The notes under the pieces were generated by a model. That model saw only the letters and a program-made list of their open reading frames with translations. It did no database searches and was not told the DNA's origin. Shown piece after piece: positions 25,220 through 36,000 of a stretch of 51,569 nt of DNA (the first letter of the stretch is position 1; each line of letters opens with the position of its first letter). The DNA is from a bacterium. Its GTDB lineage: Bacteria > Electryoneota > Tariuqbacteria > Tariuqbacterales > JADHWD01. The stretch covers positions 1-51,569 of the forward strand of contig JADHWD010000001.1 of the NCBI GenBank assembly GCA_016783645.1, read 5' to 3'. The translations under genes and the position numbers were made by a program.

Positions 25220-26147
25220 CAACGCCAAAATCCTTCCTGAAATCCTTGACGCTTTGTTGAAGCAGGAGGGTTCGGAGGAAGCTGAAGTGATTGTGGTAGA
25301 TGACGGATCAAAGGACAATACCGAAGAAATCGTCAAAGATTATCCGGTCAGATATTTCAAGAAGCCTAACGGCGGGCCCGCCTCGGCGAGGAATGTGGGT
25401 ATAAAGGAATCGAAGGGGGATATTGTCCTATTCATCGACAGCGATTGTGTCCCTCAGCCGGGATGGCTTAAAGCGATGACTCAGCCTTTTGAAAACGATA
25501 AAATCGACGGTGTGAAAGGAATCTATATCACCCGGCAGAAGAGCATAACCGCGCGTTTCATTCAACTGGAATTTGAAGAAAGATACCAGAAACTGTCTAA
25601 GTTGGAATATATCGATTTCATCGATTCCTATAGCGCCGCTTTCCGAAAGGAGAAATTGATAGAAGTTGGCGGCTTCGATGAGAGCTTCCCCAAAGCGGAC
25701 AATGAGGATGTGGATTTATCCTATAAACTGGCGGGCATCGGCTGTAAAATGGTGTTTCAGCCTTCGGCTGTGGTGCAGCACACACATCCTGATGATTTAA
25801 TTATGTATATTAAGGTGAAATATTCCCGCGCCTTCTGGCGTTCAGCGGTTTATATAAAACATCCGCGCAAGGCGTTGAAAGATTCCTATACCCCGCAAAG
25901 TCTGAAATTACAGATGCTTTCGACAGCGGGGATTTGGATAGGAATATTCTTCGCGGCCGTATTCAACTGGAACTGGTGGTTATTCGCATGTTTGTCCCTT
26001 TATATCTTTTCTCTATTACCTTTTATTATAAGGGTTTACGGGAAAGATGACCGGGCTGAAAGTCTGGCGCCGTTCATGCTTTTCATCAGGTCCAACTGCT
26101 TCCTGCTGGGAACTCTATTAGGTTCGATATATCATCGGCTAAAATAA
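25152..26147 (+). CDS. Glycosyltransferase family 2 with C-terminal TM helices
   Basis: 'YSVVIPSYNNAKILPEILDALLKQ..VIVVDDGSKDNT..GGPASARNVGI..VLFIDSDC', then hydrophobic 'GIWIGIFFAAVFNWNWWLFACLSLYIFSLLPFII'. TTG start (25152 or 25176) overlaps the GT9 gene. Confidence 0.8.
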   Translation: MKLLRNYGLNNIPKYSVVIPSYNNAKILPEILDALLKQEGSEEAEVIVVDDGSKDNTEEIVKDYPVRYFKKPNGGPASARNVGIKESKGDIVLFIDSDCVPQPGWLKAMTQPFENDKIDGVKGIYITRQKSITARFIQLEFEERYQKLSKLEYIDFIDSYSAAFRKEKLIEVGGFDESFPKADNEDVDLSYKLAGIGCKMVFQPSAVVQHTHPDDLIMYIKVKYSRAFWRSAVYIKHPRKALKDSYTPQSLKLQMLSTAGIWIGIFFAAVFNWNWWLFACLSLYIFSLLPFIIRVYGKDDRAESLAPFMLFIRSNCFLLGTLLGSIYHRLK

Positions 26148-26235
26148 AATTTCTCTGATTGATTCCAATATTGGATTTGTTCATAATATTTTGCTATATT
26201 AATAAATTGCATAATTATTAAACCACGATAGAACT

Positions 26236-27699
26236 ATGATACCGGATCGATTAAATGTATTAATGCTCAACGCCCCCTTCTTAAAACGCTATTCCAGGGG
26301 GCAGCGCAATCCTGGGGTGACCCGTTCAGACACTATGTATTATCCTTACTGGATGTCTTATGCGACCGGCGCGGTTGAGCAGACGGGAGTGAACTGCAAG
26401 TTTTTCGACTGCCCCGGTGAAGGATGGGATTATGGCGATGTGGAACAGAAACTGGAAGACTTTCCGCCGCATCTGATCATCCTGGACACCACTACACCCA
26501 GTTTCTATAATGACATTGAAGTGCTGGACAAGTTGAAAGCTAAATATCCCAAGGCTGTATTCGGGATGGCGGGGACTCATGTGACAGCGCTGCCGGAAGA
26601 ACCCTTCGGTTTGACAAAAAATATCGATTTCGTGGCGAGAGGAGAATATGATTATACACTCCGTGATGTTGTTTTAGGATTGGAGAATGGTTATAAACCC
26701 GGGGAAATTCAAGGATTGACCTGGCGTAAAGGCGGTGAGATAGTTCATAATCCCGATAGACCCTTCATCAAGAACCTTGATGATCTTAAATGGGTCTCGA
26801 AAGTCTATAAGAATCACCTTAATATCCGGAATTATTTCAATCCCGACTGCCTCTATCCCAATATCACGCTTCTCACCGGACGAGGCTGCCCTTACAAATG
26901 CAGTTTCTGTCTGTTCACCCATACCATTTCAGGGTTCAAAACCCGTTTCCGTTCCGTTGAAGATGTTCTGGATGAACTCGAATATATCCAGAATGATTTC
27001 GCTGACGCCAAAGCTTATTTCTTCGAAGATGATATATTCACCATCAATGAGAAACGCTGTAGGGAATTATGCGAAGGGATGATAAAGCGGGGAATCCGGC
27101 GGAAATGGAACGCTAACTCCCGCGCCGATATCTCTTTTGAAACCCTGAAAATAATGAAGAAAGCCGGCTGCAGAGCCCTGTGCGTGGGATTTGAAACCGG
27201 TAACCAAGAGATAATCGACGCTTACGGCAAACGATTGACGGTGGAAGATTATTACCGATTTTCCAAGAATGCCCGTAAAGCCGGTATCACATTCCATGGA
27301 TGCTTCATCGTCGGCGGTCCCGGGGAGAACCGGAAAACCATGCAGAAGACCCTCAAGATGGCGATGGACCTCAGACCAGACACCGCGCAGTTCTATCCGT
27401 TAATGGTCTACCCCGGCACCCCGGAATATGACCGGATGCTAAAAACCGGTATGCTGGTGACCACCGATTACACCAAATGGCTGACCGATACCGGCTTGCA
27501 TAACTGCATCATCCGCACCGAAGACCAGGAACCTGAAGAGCTGATAAAATTCTGCGACTATGCCCGCCGCCGGTTCTATCTAAGACCGAGTTACCTTTGG
27601 TATAAAGCTCGCAGAGCGGTCGTCGATCCGCAGGAACGCAAAAGGACTATAAAAGCTTTTAGAGTATTCGCCAGATATCTCTACAAACCCTCAATCTGA
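26236..27699 (+). CDS. Class B radical SAM protein, subfamily C, paralogue 2
   Basis: 487 aa; 'LNVLMLNAPF..YYPYWMSYATG', cluster motif 'CPYKCSFC', 'GFETGNQ'. Confidence 0.9.
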   Translation: MIPDRLNVLMLNAPFLKRYSRGQRNPGVTRSDTMYYPYWMSYATGAVEQTGVNCKFFDCPGEGWDYGDVEQKLEDFPPHLIILDTTTPSFYNDIEVLDKLKAKYPKAVFGMAGTHVTALPEEPFGLTKNIDFVARGEYDYTLRDVVLGLENGYKPGEIQGLTWRKGGEIVHNPDRPFIKNLDDLKWVSKVYKNHLNIRNYFNPDCLYPNITLLTGRGCPYKCSFCLFTHTISGFKTRFRSVEDVLDELEYIQNDFADAKAYFFEDDIFTINEKRCRELCEGMIKRGIRRKWNANSRADISFETLKIMKKAGCRALCVGFETGNQEIIDAYGKRLTVEDYYRFSKNARKAGITFHGCFIVGGPGENRKTMQKTLKMAMDLRPDTAQFYPLMVYPGTPEYDRMLKTGMLVTTDYTKWLTDTGLHNCIIRTEDQEPEELIKFCDYARRRFYLRPSYLWYKARRAVVDPQERKRTIKAFRVFARYLYKPSI

Positions 27700-27708
27700 A
27701 TTTACATC

Positions 27709-28368
27709 ATGGTAAAATATCTAGGCTGTACTGTTCTAATCACCGCTTCAATCATGATCCTGTCATTAACCGCGGCGGATTGCATAGCGCAAGAATATGT
27801 GATTAAGCCCAATGACCAGATAAAATCATCGGTGTTTGACAATCCTGATATCAGTGTGAACGCGGCGGTACCGCCGGACGGGATCATATCCTTTCCCCTG
27901 GTAGGCGAATTGATGGTGCTGGGTAAAACCGCCCGTCAACTGGAAGTCATGTTAGCCGATAAACTCTCTTATTATATTAAAAATCCAAAAGTTTCAGTTC
28001 AGATTTCCGCTTATAATCCTTTGAAGATATATTTAATAGGGGCTTTCCGCAATCCCGGTTCTTATAATTACAAACCGGAAAACCGTTTCGTCGATTATCT
28101 TAGTGAAGCCGGCGGATTTGACCCGCTGAAAGCTGATATAAAGAAATGCCGTATCTATTCAGCAGGCAGCATACTCCGAATGGATATTGACCTGAAAGAA
28201 CTCTTCAAGGCGGATAGTCTGAATATCGGATATGAACTGAAGCCCTTCGATACCATTTATCTGCCTGAAAAATCCGGTTTCTCCTTCGCCGAGTGGCGGG
28301 ATGTAGCCGATGCGATTAACATCATTCTCGGTGTTTTCACGCTGTACCTGATAATACAAAGAAATTAA
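27709..28368 (+). CDS. Polysaccharide export protein (Wza-like Poly_export domain), short form
   Basis: 219 aa; signal-like N-terminus; 'YVIKPNDQIKSSVFDNPDISVNAAVPPDGIISFPLVGELMVLGKTARQLEVMLADKL..NPKVSVQI'. Confidence 0.75.
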   Translation: MVKYLGCTVLITASIMILSLTAADCIAQEYVIKPNDQIKSSVFDNPDISVNAAVPPDGIISFPLVGELMVLGKTARQLEVMLADKLSYYIKNPKVSVQISAYNPLKIYLIGAFRNPGSYNYKPENRFVDYLSEAGGFDPLKADIKKCRIYSAGSILRMDIDLKELFKADSLNIGYELKPFDTIYLPEKSGFSFAEWRDVADAINIILGVFTLYLIIQRN

Positions 28369-28572
28369 TTTACGGAGGTGGGGGGATTTGTTATAATTCC
28401 ACCGATAAAACGCCATTTTCTGTTATCATGATGAATTTTTAACTTGACCTTGTTATTATTCTTTAGTATATTGCTTTCAAGGAAATTCTTTACGCCGCTT
28501 CAGCGGCGCTGTCAGGCATAGAGAATAGGATCTATAGGTTTTAAGCTTTAAACTGCAAACTTTGGACTCAAG

Positions 28573-28806
28573 ATAAACCCTCATGCCTCTGTTGCGGCAC
28601 AACTTAGAATGAAAATAGTCTCAAGGGCGACCGCAAGGGTCGCCCCTACAACATAATTGGATATTTACTTGTAGGGACAGAACATTGTTCTGTCCCTACT
28701 GGATTCCCGCCTTCGCGGGAATGACATATACACTCGTTCCCACGCTCCAGCGTGGGAATGCATATTCTTCATTCAACAATCGATATTCCTTGTTCGATAT
28801 TCGCAT
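28573..28806. repeat. Hairpin mosaic array 4 (about 6 elements, shared with array 6)
   Basis: Contains ataaaccctcatgcc..ggcacaacttagaatgaaaatag (28573-28618). gggcgaccgcaagggtcgcccctac (28625-28649) is the exact reverse complement of 15172-15196. Also gtagggacagaacattgttctgtccctac (28671-28699) and ggattcccgccttcgcgggaatgacat (28701-28727). tcgttcccacgctccagcgtgggaatgcata (28734-28764) is identical to 43245-43275. Confidence 0.9.
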
Positions 28807-29097
28807 TTTCTTGACCCTTTACCCTTTTTTAGTCGATTAAGAAAAATTTTTTTATAAATGAGACTTGAATCACAATTTCATTTCCAAATGCTTTTTATAT
28901 TGTAAAATCCAATTGTCTGAATTTATCACAGCTTCACGGAAGGAGGTAGGAAACTGCCGCAATTTGATATTTGATTTTTAACATTTCTTACTAATTGAAC
29001 TTCAAAATCAATACCGCATCCCGTTTCTCTGGCGGCGGTTTGAAACATTTGGAATTATCTTTCCATAATTGAAGCATCTTCAGACAAAGGAAACGAT

Positions 29098-31248
29098 ATG
29101 GAAATCAGAAAACTCTGGGAAATAATCCTTCGGCGTAAATGGATAATAATTCAAGCATTTATCGTCATTTTCGCCATCGTATTGACCGGAACGCTGCTTC
29201 AAACTCCGACATATTACGCCGAATGTAATGTTCTGATCGAACAACAGGGCACTCAGGAAGCTTTGCTTCGTTCCATCGGCTTGGAAGGCGTCTCTGAAAT
29301 GCTCTTCTCTATGAATCTGGGGCAGAAATCCAGCATCGTAGCGGTTGAAATCATGAAACTCATGACTAAACCGATCCTGGATAAAGTAGTTGAAAGGATG
29401 GACTTGAGAAATGAGAAAGGTGAACTTATTCCCGGACCTTCCCTGAAAATCACCAATCCTACTTTTTTCTGGTATCCCCTGTACGGTTTATCCGCCAAAC
29501 CACATCGTCTAGGCAATATGATCATCATTCAGGGTTACTCCCCTGATCCTCAGCAAGCGGTTGATTTCTGCAATACCATCACGCAGATCTATATGTTAAA
29601 CGACATTGAGAAGAAGCATAAAGAAACCGCAGAAGCCGCCAGATTCGCTGAAGAACAAAGCATTAAAGCGAAAGCGGACTGGAATGAAGCCAAGAGAAAG
29701 CTGAAGGAATATCAGGAAGCCGAGGGATTGGTGGATTTTTCTTACGAAAGCATTTTGTTGATTAATACAATATCCGATCTGCGCGCCGACCAGGCGATGC
29801 TGGAATTATCTCTGCATGAAGCCGAAATGTTCGGCGGAGAAATTATCGATCCCTATATGATCGGTGGTTCATCACTTTCCAATGCGGGACAAATCGGCCA
29901 GTTGAAAACATCTTTATCTCAACAGGAATCGCAATTAGAAAGCGAATTGACGAAATACACCGGTAACCACCCTTCAGTAATCGCCCTCAAACAGCAAATT
30001 CAAGATTTAAACCAAAAGCTCATCACCGAAAAAGAGATATTCGAAGAGACAGGCTCTGAAAGATATAAAGTTCTGCAGGAACAGATAAACGAATACCGTA
30101 AAAAACTGGAAGAATTTCCCGAAAAACTCTATATCATGGCTCAATTAACTCTGCAGTCAGAGACTTATCAGAAAATGTACGAAACTCTGCTGGATATGAA
30201 ATACCGGCTTAACATCTCCAAAGCCATGCAGATTTCCAAACTATCCTTGCTGGAACCCTCTTGGAAAGCGAAGGTTTACGCTCCGGATATTGAACTTAAT
30301 ATGATCATCGGAGTTGTTTTGGGATTATTGGTCGGTTTCGGTTTGGCTTTCCTCATCGAATATCTCGATGATACAATCAAAGACGGCGAAACACTACAGG
30401 CTCAATTCAATCTGCCCTTGCTCGGCACTATTCCTCTGATCGGAAAAAAAGACGAGAAAATCATCGACGCCATGCTGGATTCCGGTGGAAGGCACAGGTC
30501 ACAGCATTTCCTCAACGAATCGTTCAATATTTTCAGTTATAATATCAAGCTCAGCAGTATAGATTCTCCTACCCGGCATGTGATGATCACATCTTCATCA
30601 CCGGGCGAAGGTAAAACATCCATCTCCTGCAATCTCGCTATCAATATGGCGCGCAAGGGTAAAAAAGTGGTGCTCATCGATTCCGATTTCCCCCGCCCCA
30701 ATATATATAAAATATTCAACTTATCCAACGATAAGGGTTTAACCGATTTGCTCATGGGTGAAACTACCATTGAAGAAGTAACCCAATCCTGCGGCGTGGA
30801 AAACATGCATGTTATCACCACCGGTCCCAAACCCCCTTCTACCTCCATCCTGTTTGAATCCCAGCAAATGAAGGACTTCATCAAAGAATTGGAACAAAGA
30901 TACGATTTTATAATATTTGACACTCCTCCCATCCTGTCAATCAATGATCCTGTCATACTCGGTTCATATGTAGATAAAACTATTTTAGTGGTAGCGGCGA
31001 ATGAAGTATCCCGTTCAGTAGTGAAGATGGCGATATCCACCATGAAGAAGAGCCACATCAATCTGGTGGGCGCTGTGCTGAATAAATTCCGCGCCGAAGG
31101 CAGCCATTACTATTATTATTACTATTATCATACATCCGATGAAGGCAACGGCTTCAAGAAAATCTGGCGCGACGGATTATCCATCATCGGAATCAATAAA
31201 AGACGCCGGCACCGCCGCCGCACTCCTAAAATACCAACGAATGTCTAA
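29098..31248 (+). CDS. Wzc-like polysaccharide co-polymerase / BY-kinase (tyrosine autokinase)
   Basis: 716 aa. N-terminal TM plus Wzz-like coiled region, and a second TM 'MIIGVVLGLLVGFGLAFLI'. Walker A 'SSSPGEGKTS', then 'FIIFDTPP'. C-terminal Tyr cluster 'HYYYYYYYH'. Confidence 0.85.
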   Translation: MEIRKLWEIILRRKWIIIQAFIVIFAIVLTGTLLQTPTYYAECNVLIEQQGTQEALLRSIGLEGVSEMLFSMNLGQKSSIVAVEIMKLMTKPILDKVVERMDLRNEKGELIPGPSLKITNPTFFWYPLYGLSAKPHRLGNMIIIQGYSPDPQQAVDFCNTITQIYMLNDIEKKHKETAEAARFAEEQSIKAKADWNEAKRKLKEYQEAEGLVDFSYESILLINTISDLRADQAMLELSLHEAEMFGGEIIDPYMIGGSSLSNAGQIGQLKTSLSQQESQLESELTKYTGNHPSVIALKQQIQDLNQKLITEKEIFEETGSERYKVLQEQINEYRKKLEEFPEKLYIMAQLTLQSETYQKMYETLLDMKYRLNISKAMQISKLSLLEPSWKAKVYAPDIELNMIIGVVLGLLVGFGLAFLIEYLDDTIKDGETLQAQFNLPLLGTIPLIGKKDEKIIDAMLDSGGRHRSQHFLNESFNIFSYNIKLSSIDSPTRHVMITSSSPGEGKTSISCNLAINMARKGKKVVLIDSDFPRPNIYKIFNLSNDKGLTDLLMGETTIEEVTQSCGVENMHVITTGPKPPSTSILFESQQMKDFIKELEQRYDFIIFDTPPILSINDPVILGSYVDKTILVVAANEVSRSVVKMAISTMKKSHINLVGAVLNKFRAEGSHYYYYYYYHTSDEGNGFKKIWRDGLSIIGINKRRRHRRRTPKIPTNV

Positions 31249-31259
31249 TATTTACATTA

Positions 31260-31303
31260 TGCGCTAAGTCGACGAATTGGCTTAGCGCAGCTGTTTTGTT
31301 TTG
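31260..31303 (+). terminator. Putative intrinsic terminator after the Wzc-like gene
   Basis: 9-bp stem tgcgctaag / cttagcgca with a 12-nt loop, followed by gctgttttgttttg. Confidence 0.5.
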
Positions 31304-31491
31304 TTAAACTATAATAAACGAAATAAATCAATTGCATTTACTGTAGGGGCGCGGTCTCCGCGCCCTATAATTGTCTGATTATAATCAGGGCGGGGAAACC
31401 CCGCCCCTACAAAATATTCGCAATATTTAAATTCGTTCATTATAAATCCCCTCCGAAAATTCAATACCTCCTCTCAATATAGATTGATGTT

Positions 31492-32979
31492 ATGAAAGTA
31501 AAGAACCTGATTCATGGACTCATCGTTGTCGTTTTTTGTTTCAATTTATTCCTCCCGCTTGTCAGTCAGGCTGCGGAACAATTCGACAATGAACTCCTAT
31601 ATTTCCAGGGCGGAAATGCTGATATCAGGATGAACCTTAACAGTTCTCTCATCAGCGGTCTGGGTTCGTTTGAAACCGCCATGGGTATGGGAATCAACAC
31701 CAATCGATTATCTCCTGCAATGGTGAACACTAACCCGGGCGGATTAGCTTTTATAAAACACGGATGCTTCCTCTTCTCTTCAATGCCCCGCTTGGCTGGT
31801 CCTTTGGACGCTCAGCAGTCATTCAATGATGAAATCGACAGCGCTTTGGAAGATCTTGACCAGAGCGGTGCGATTATTAACTACACTAATCTCACGGATG
31901 AGGCTTCTCAGGAAGTATCCGCTATCGCCGGAGTGGCTTTTGCCTTTCCCCTAAAAGAATTCACTGTGGGTTTCGCTTATAATAACAAATTCGATCTGCA
32001 GAACAGTTTGGAATTGTCGGGTATTGAGATGCAGTTACGCACCATTGAAGAGGATACCACTAATACTCCCATATCCATGTATATCGCTGCCGATGTGAAT
32101 TTTCTTTTAAGTATCCGCGCCTGTGAGACCTCCGTCGCCTTCGCCCGTAATTTCAACCAAAAATTCGGGGTCGGGCTCACACTTCACCGCACTGATATCT
32201 ATCTGGAAACTATAGGCAGAATAAGCCCTGAAGGGATTATCGGAGGTCCTATAAACGAAACTTCCTTCAATGATCCCAGCGCCGGTTATCAGAATGATTT
32301 TTATCAGTCGATTAACGGCGCTTTTTCCGGCGGCGCCTGGGGCGCCAAATTCGGACTCGCTTACCGCCCCTCCGAAAAATTCAGCCTGAATTTCACCGCC
32401 GATCTTCGTTCGGATATCAAACTTGACGGAGACATGGATATAACTTTATATAATTTCCCCGCCCTCAATCTCAATCCTGATGAAGATGAAGAAACCTTCG
32501 ATAAAGATTTGATCAATCTGGCTGAAGCCACTAAAACCGAAAAACTGGACTATTTTCCTACGGATGAAATGACCCTTAAAGTCCCTTCTTCAGTGTCCTT
32601 CGGTATGGCTTATCGGGGAATTTCCTTTACTTTAAGCAGTTATTCCGGCGAATTAGCTTATGAATATGATCTGGGTGAAGGCGCAGACAGCAGTATAACT
32701 ACTTATGGAATGGGGCTTAAACCTAAATTCGGTTTTTTAATGGGATTCAATATCGTCAATACCGTGGGATTGAGTTTCGGAGCCATAGTGGTTGACCAAT
32801 ACCGCATCGGCTATACGGAGATGCTGGGTGAGGAGGTTGAAGAAGTTCAGACCGATATCCCTATCCCTCAAATTAACTTAGGCTTCGGTTTCAATCTTAA
32901 TAAAAGCTGGCGGTTTGACACTCTGCTTTTAGGACTGCCCGAATCCGCATTGAAGATGTCGATGACTTATAATTTTTAA
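31492..32979 (+). CDS. Signal-peptide-bearing outer-membrane beta-barrel protein, family not recognised
   Basis: 495 aa; 'VVVFCFNLFLPLVSQAAEQ' signal; alternating beta-strand-like pattern; C-terminal '...MSMTYNF' aromatic terminus. Confidence 0.6.
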   Translation: MKVKNLIHGLIVVVFCFNLFLPLVSQAAEQFDNELLYFQGGNADIRMNLNSSLISGLGSFETAMGMGINTNRLSPAMVNTNPGGLAFIKHGCFLFSSMPRLAGPLDAQQSFNDEIDSALEDLDQSGAIINYTNLTDEASQEVSAIAGVAFAFPLKEFTVGFAYNNKFDLQNSLELSGIEMQLRTIEEDTTNTPISMYIAADVNFLLSIRACETSVAFARNFNQKFGVGLTLHRTDIYLETIGRISPEGIIGGPINETSFNDPSAGYQNDFYQSINGAFSGGAWGAKFGLAYRPSEKFSLNFTADLRSDIKLDGDMDITLYNFPALNLNPDEDEETFDKDLINLAEATKTEKLDYFPTDEMTLKVPSSVSFGMAYRGISFTLSSYSGELAYEYDLGEGADSSITTYGMGLKPKFGFLMGFNIVNTVGLSFGAIVVDQYRIGYTEMLGEEVEEVQTDIPIPQINLGFGFNLNKSWRFDTLLLGLPESALKMSMTYNF

Positions 32980-33052
32980 TGAAACATGGTATCCTTTAAG
33001 TGTTTTCACATCAAATCACCATCTCCGGTTAATTCATGATTAGGAATGATTG

Positions 33053-36000
33053 ATGAAATATCTATCGAATGTAATCCGCTTATCAATATCCGCCCTCATT
33101 CTGTTATCCATTCTGTCCCTCCCGGCGAAAGCCTGGATTATCGATCAAAGTTTTTATAACAGCATCGAGAACATCAACGCCGGACTTAGTATAATCCAGA
33201 TTCCGATGCAGATGATAGAAGAGTGGGACAGCGTGACCGTCATCTGGTCCACTACCGGAAGTCCCGAACATGGTATTTTATGGTATGATTTGAATCCCGG
33301 TAACGCAGATACCAATAATTATTTTTACCGCCTGGAAGATCCCGCCCATACTAATATGTTCAAGACTATCGGGCAAAATATTAATATCGGTTTGTTGTAC
33401 TGCATGATTTCCACCCCCTCCGGTCTGACTTCTATAGAATTTCCTATGGTCCGCGAAGCGGATGAGCCTGTAACTCTGATAGGTCCTCAATCTCCCAGCG
33501 GCGGCATCGGCGGCGTAACTACCTCTACCCCGTTATTTGAATGGGAGCCCATCCCCAATGTGCCCTATTATCATGTGCTTCTATCAGACCAGGTGTTCGA
33601 GATAGAGGAAGATTCGACCGGAGCGCTGACCACCACCGGAGCTAATATCATCTGGCAAGTGATTACTTCCAGCACCTCCATCGTCTACGGCACTCCCGAC
33701 CCGTCGAACAACTTCAATAATCTTAATTTCCCCCCTTTAGTGGGCAACACACCCGGCAATCCCCGCCCCACATATAATTGGGTCGTCTTGAACAATTACG
33801 GCAATATGCCGGAATTGAGTTCCGATGAAGTCGGGGACTTGATGGCTTTTGAAATCAATGTCGTTCCGCCTTTCGCTTCCCCGGTTCTGCTGGAACCCGT
33901 CTCACCTCCTGATACTCTCACAATCCTCACCGGAAGTATAATCGATTTTGTCTGGACTTCAGTCTCCGCCGCTTCGAACTATCATCTATATCTCACTCGA
34001 AAGGAAGAAACTCCCGGCGCCTCCAGCGCATACATACCTATTTGGTATATCCAAAGCACCATCAATGCGGTGGAATGCCCGGCGGTCAGCATCCTCACCA
34101 ACGGCGAATACCGCTGGAAAATCATCGCCGAAGACAATCAAGGTCAAGGTGTGATGGCTGCACCTGAAGACTTCTATTACTCCGTTGATAACAAATATAT
34201 CTGGGTGCAGGTAAAAAACGCCGACAGCAATCAACCAATCTCCGGCGCCAGAGTGGAATTCCTCCCGATTGAGGGACCCTCTTTGATGTTCACCATGACC
34301 GATGATAACGGGTACGCCTGGAAGTATATGCCCTATGGAACATATATCTTCGAATTTTCCAAAGACGGATTTATAACAACAGAAACTGCAGAATTCATTG
34401 TTGACGAAAATACTCTCGATGGCGAGGGTAATGTGTATGTTTATTACATCGAACCCTTATATTCCACTGTGTTTGGTACCGTAGTCGATGATCGGGACAG
34501 TTTAGTCATCTTCGCTAATGTAACCGCTATCAACACCGCCAGCGGTGTCTCGGAAATATCCCAATCTAATAACTCAGGTTCCTTTTCTATAAATCTATCT
34601 TCAGGTAATTACAGTTTTTTAGCCAGTAAAGACGGATATCTTTCTTCTCAGACTATCATTACCTATCTTCTCCCTGATACCAATCTGAACTTAAACAACA
34701 TCGATACTTTAGAGATGTCCCGCAATCTTTACGATTTATCCGGAGTAGTGTATAATCCGGACAATGAACCAATCTCACTTGCGCATGTAACCTGCGTCAT
34801 GGGAACGGAATTGTATGAATATACGACAGGTTCCAACGGTTCATTCATTTTCGCGGTTGCCAACGGTAATTGGGAACTGAACGCAGAAAAACCCGCTTTC
34901 TGGGTGAGTTCCGATCCTTTGATAATCACAATTCTTAATTCCTCCTCGTTCAATAATAATCTTCAGCTCACCCCCGCCGCTAATATTATATCCGGGCAGG
35001 TTTATCAGGGAGCGGTGTTATCACCCGGGGAAGCGATGGTGCGGGCGATTCCCGGCGCGGGAAATATCGAAGAAGTGCAGGTGAATAATCAGGGCAGCTA
35101 CATCCTCAGTCTGCCCACCGGCACATTTGAAATCAACGCTTACCTTGACGGATACACTTCTCCCACACCTGTGAACTTATCGCTCAGCGCCGGCGAAACT
35201 ATCTCCGGACTCAATTTCACTTTACTGCCCAACCCGTCTTATATCACCGGTAAAATCACCTCTAACGGTATCAATCCTATCCCCGGAGCTATTGTCAGCA
35301 GCGGAAGTGTGAGTGATACTACCGGCACTCAGGGAAATTACACTCTCAATGTACCCTCCGGTCCCCATACCGTCACCGCTTCCAAGACAGGATATATCAC
35401 AACTTCCAGCCAGCAGGTCAATGTCGCTGTCGGCCAAACTCTTTCCAACATAAACATTATCTTGACTCCGAATGCGGCGACAATCAACGGCAGTGTCCAA
35501 TCTGACGGCGACCCGGTCTATTTAGCAGCCGTGACTGCAAAAAAAGATGTTACCGGAACTACTTATACCGTACAGACACAGGAAAATGGTTCCTATTCAT
35601 TCAGTATTCCTTACGGGACCTACAGTGTGTGGGCGGCGAAGAGCGGTTTTTCCAATTCCGACACTTCAACAGTAACCATCAATCCCGGTCAGACTATCAA
35701 CGATGTTAATTTTAATATTATTATAGATTTAGGATATTTAACCGGCAGTACACTTTACAACGGACAGGGTCTGTCTTATACTCAAGTGAATGCTGCCGCC
35801 TTGGATAATCCCAGTATAACTTTCAACACTCAAGCCACTTATTACGGCAATTTCAACCTGCCGGTGACTCCTAATCATCAATACAAAATCACCATCGAAA
35901 AAACGGGATTTGTTTCATATATTGATACGACCGATACTCCGATCGTAGGCAATCAAAGTTATAATTTTGGCGATATAACTATGACTCAGCTGCAGTCGCA

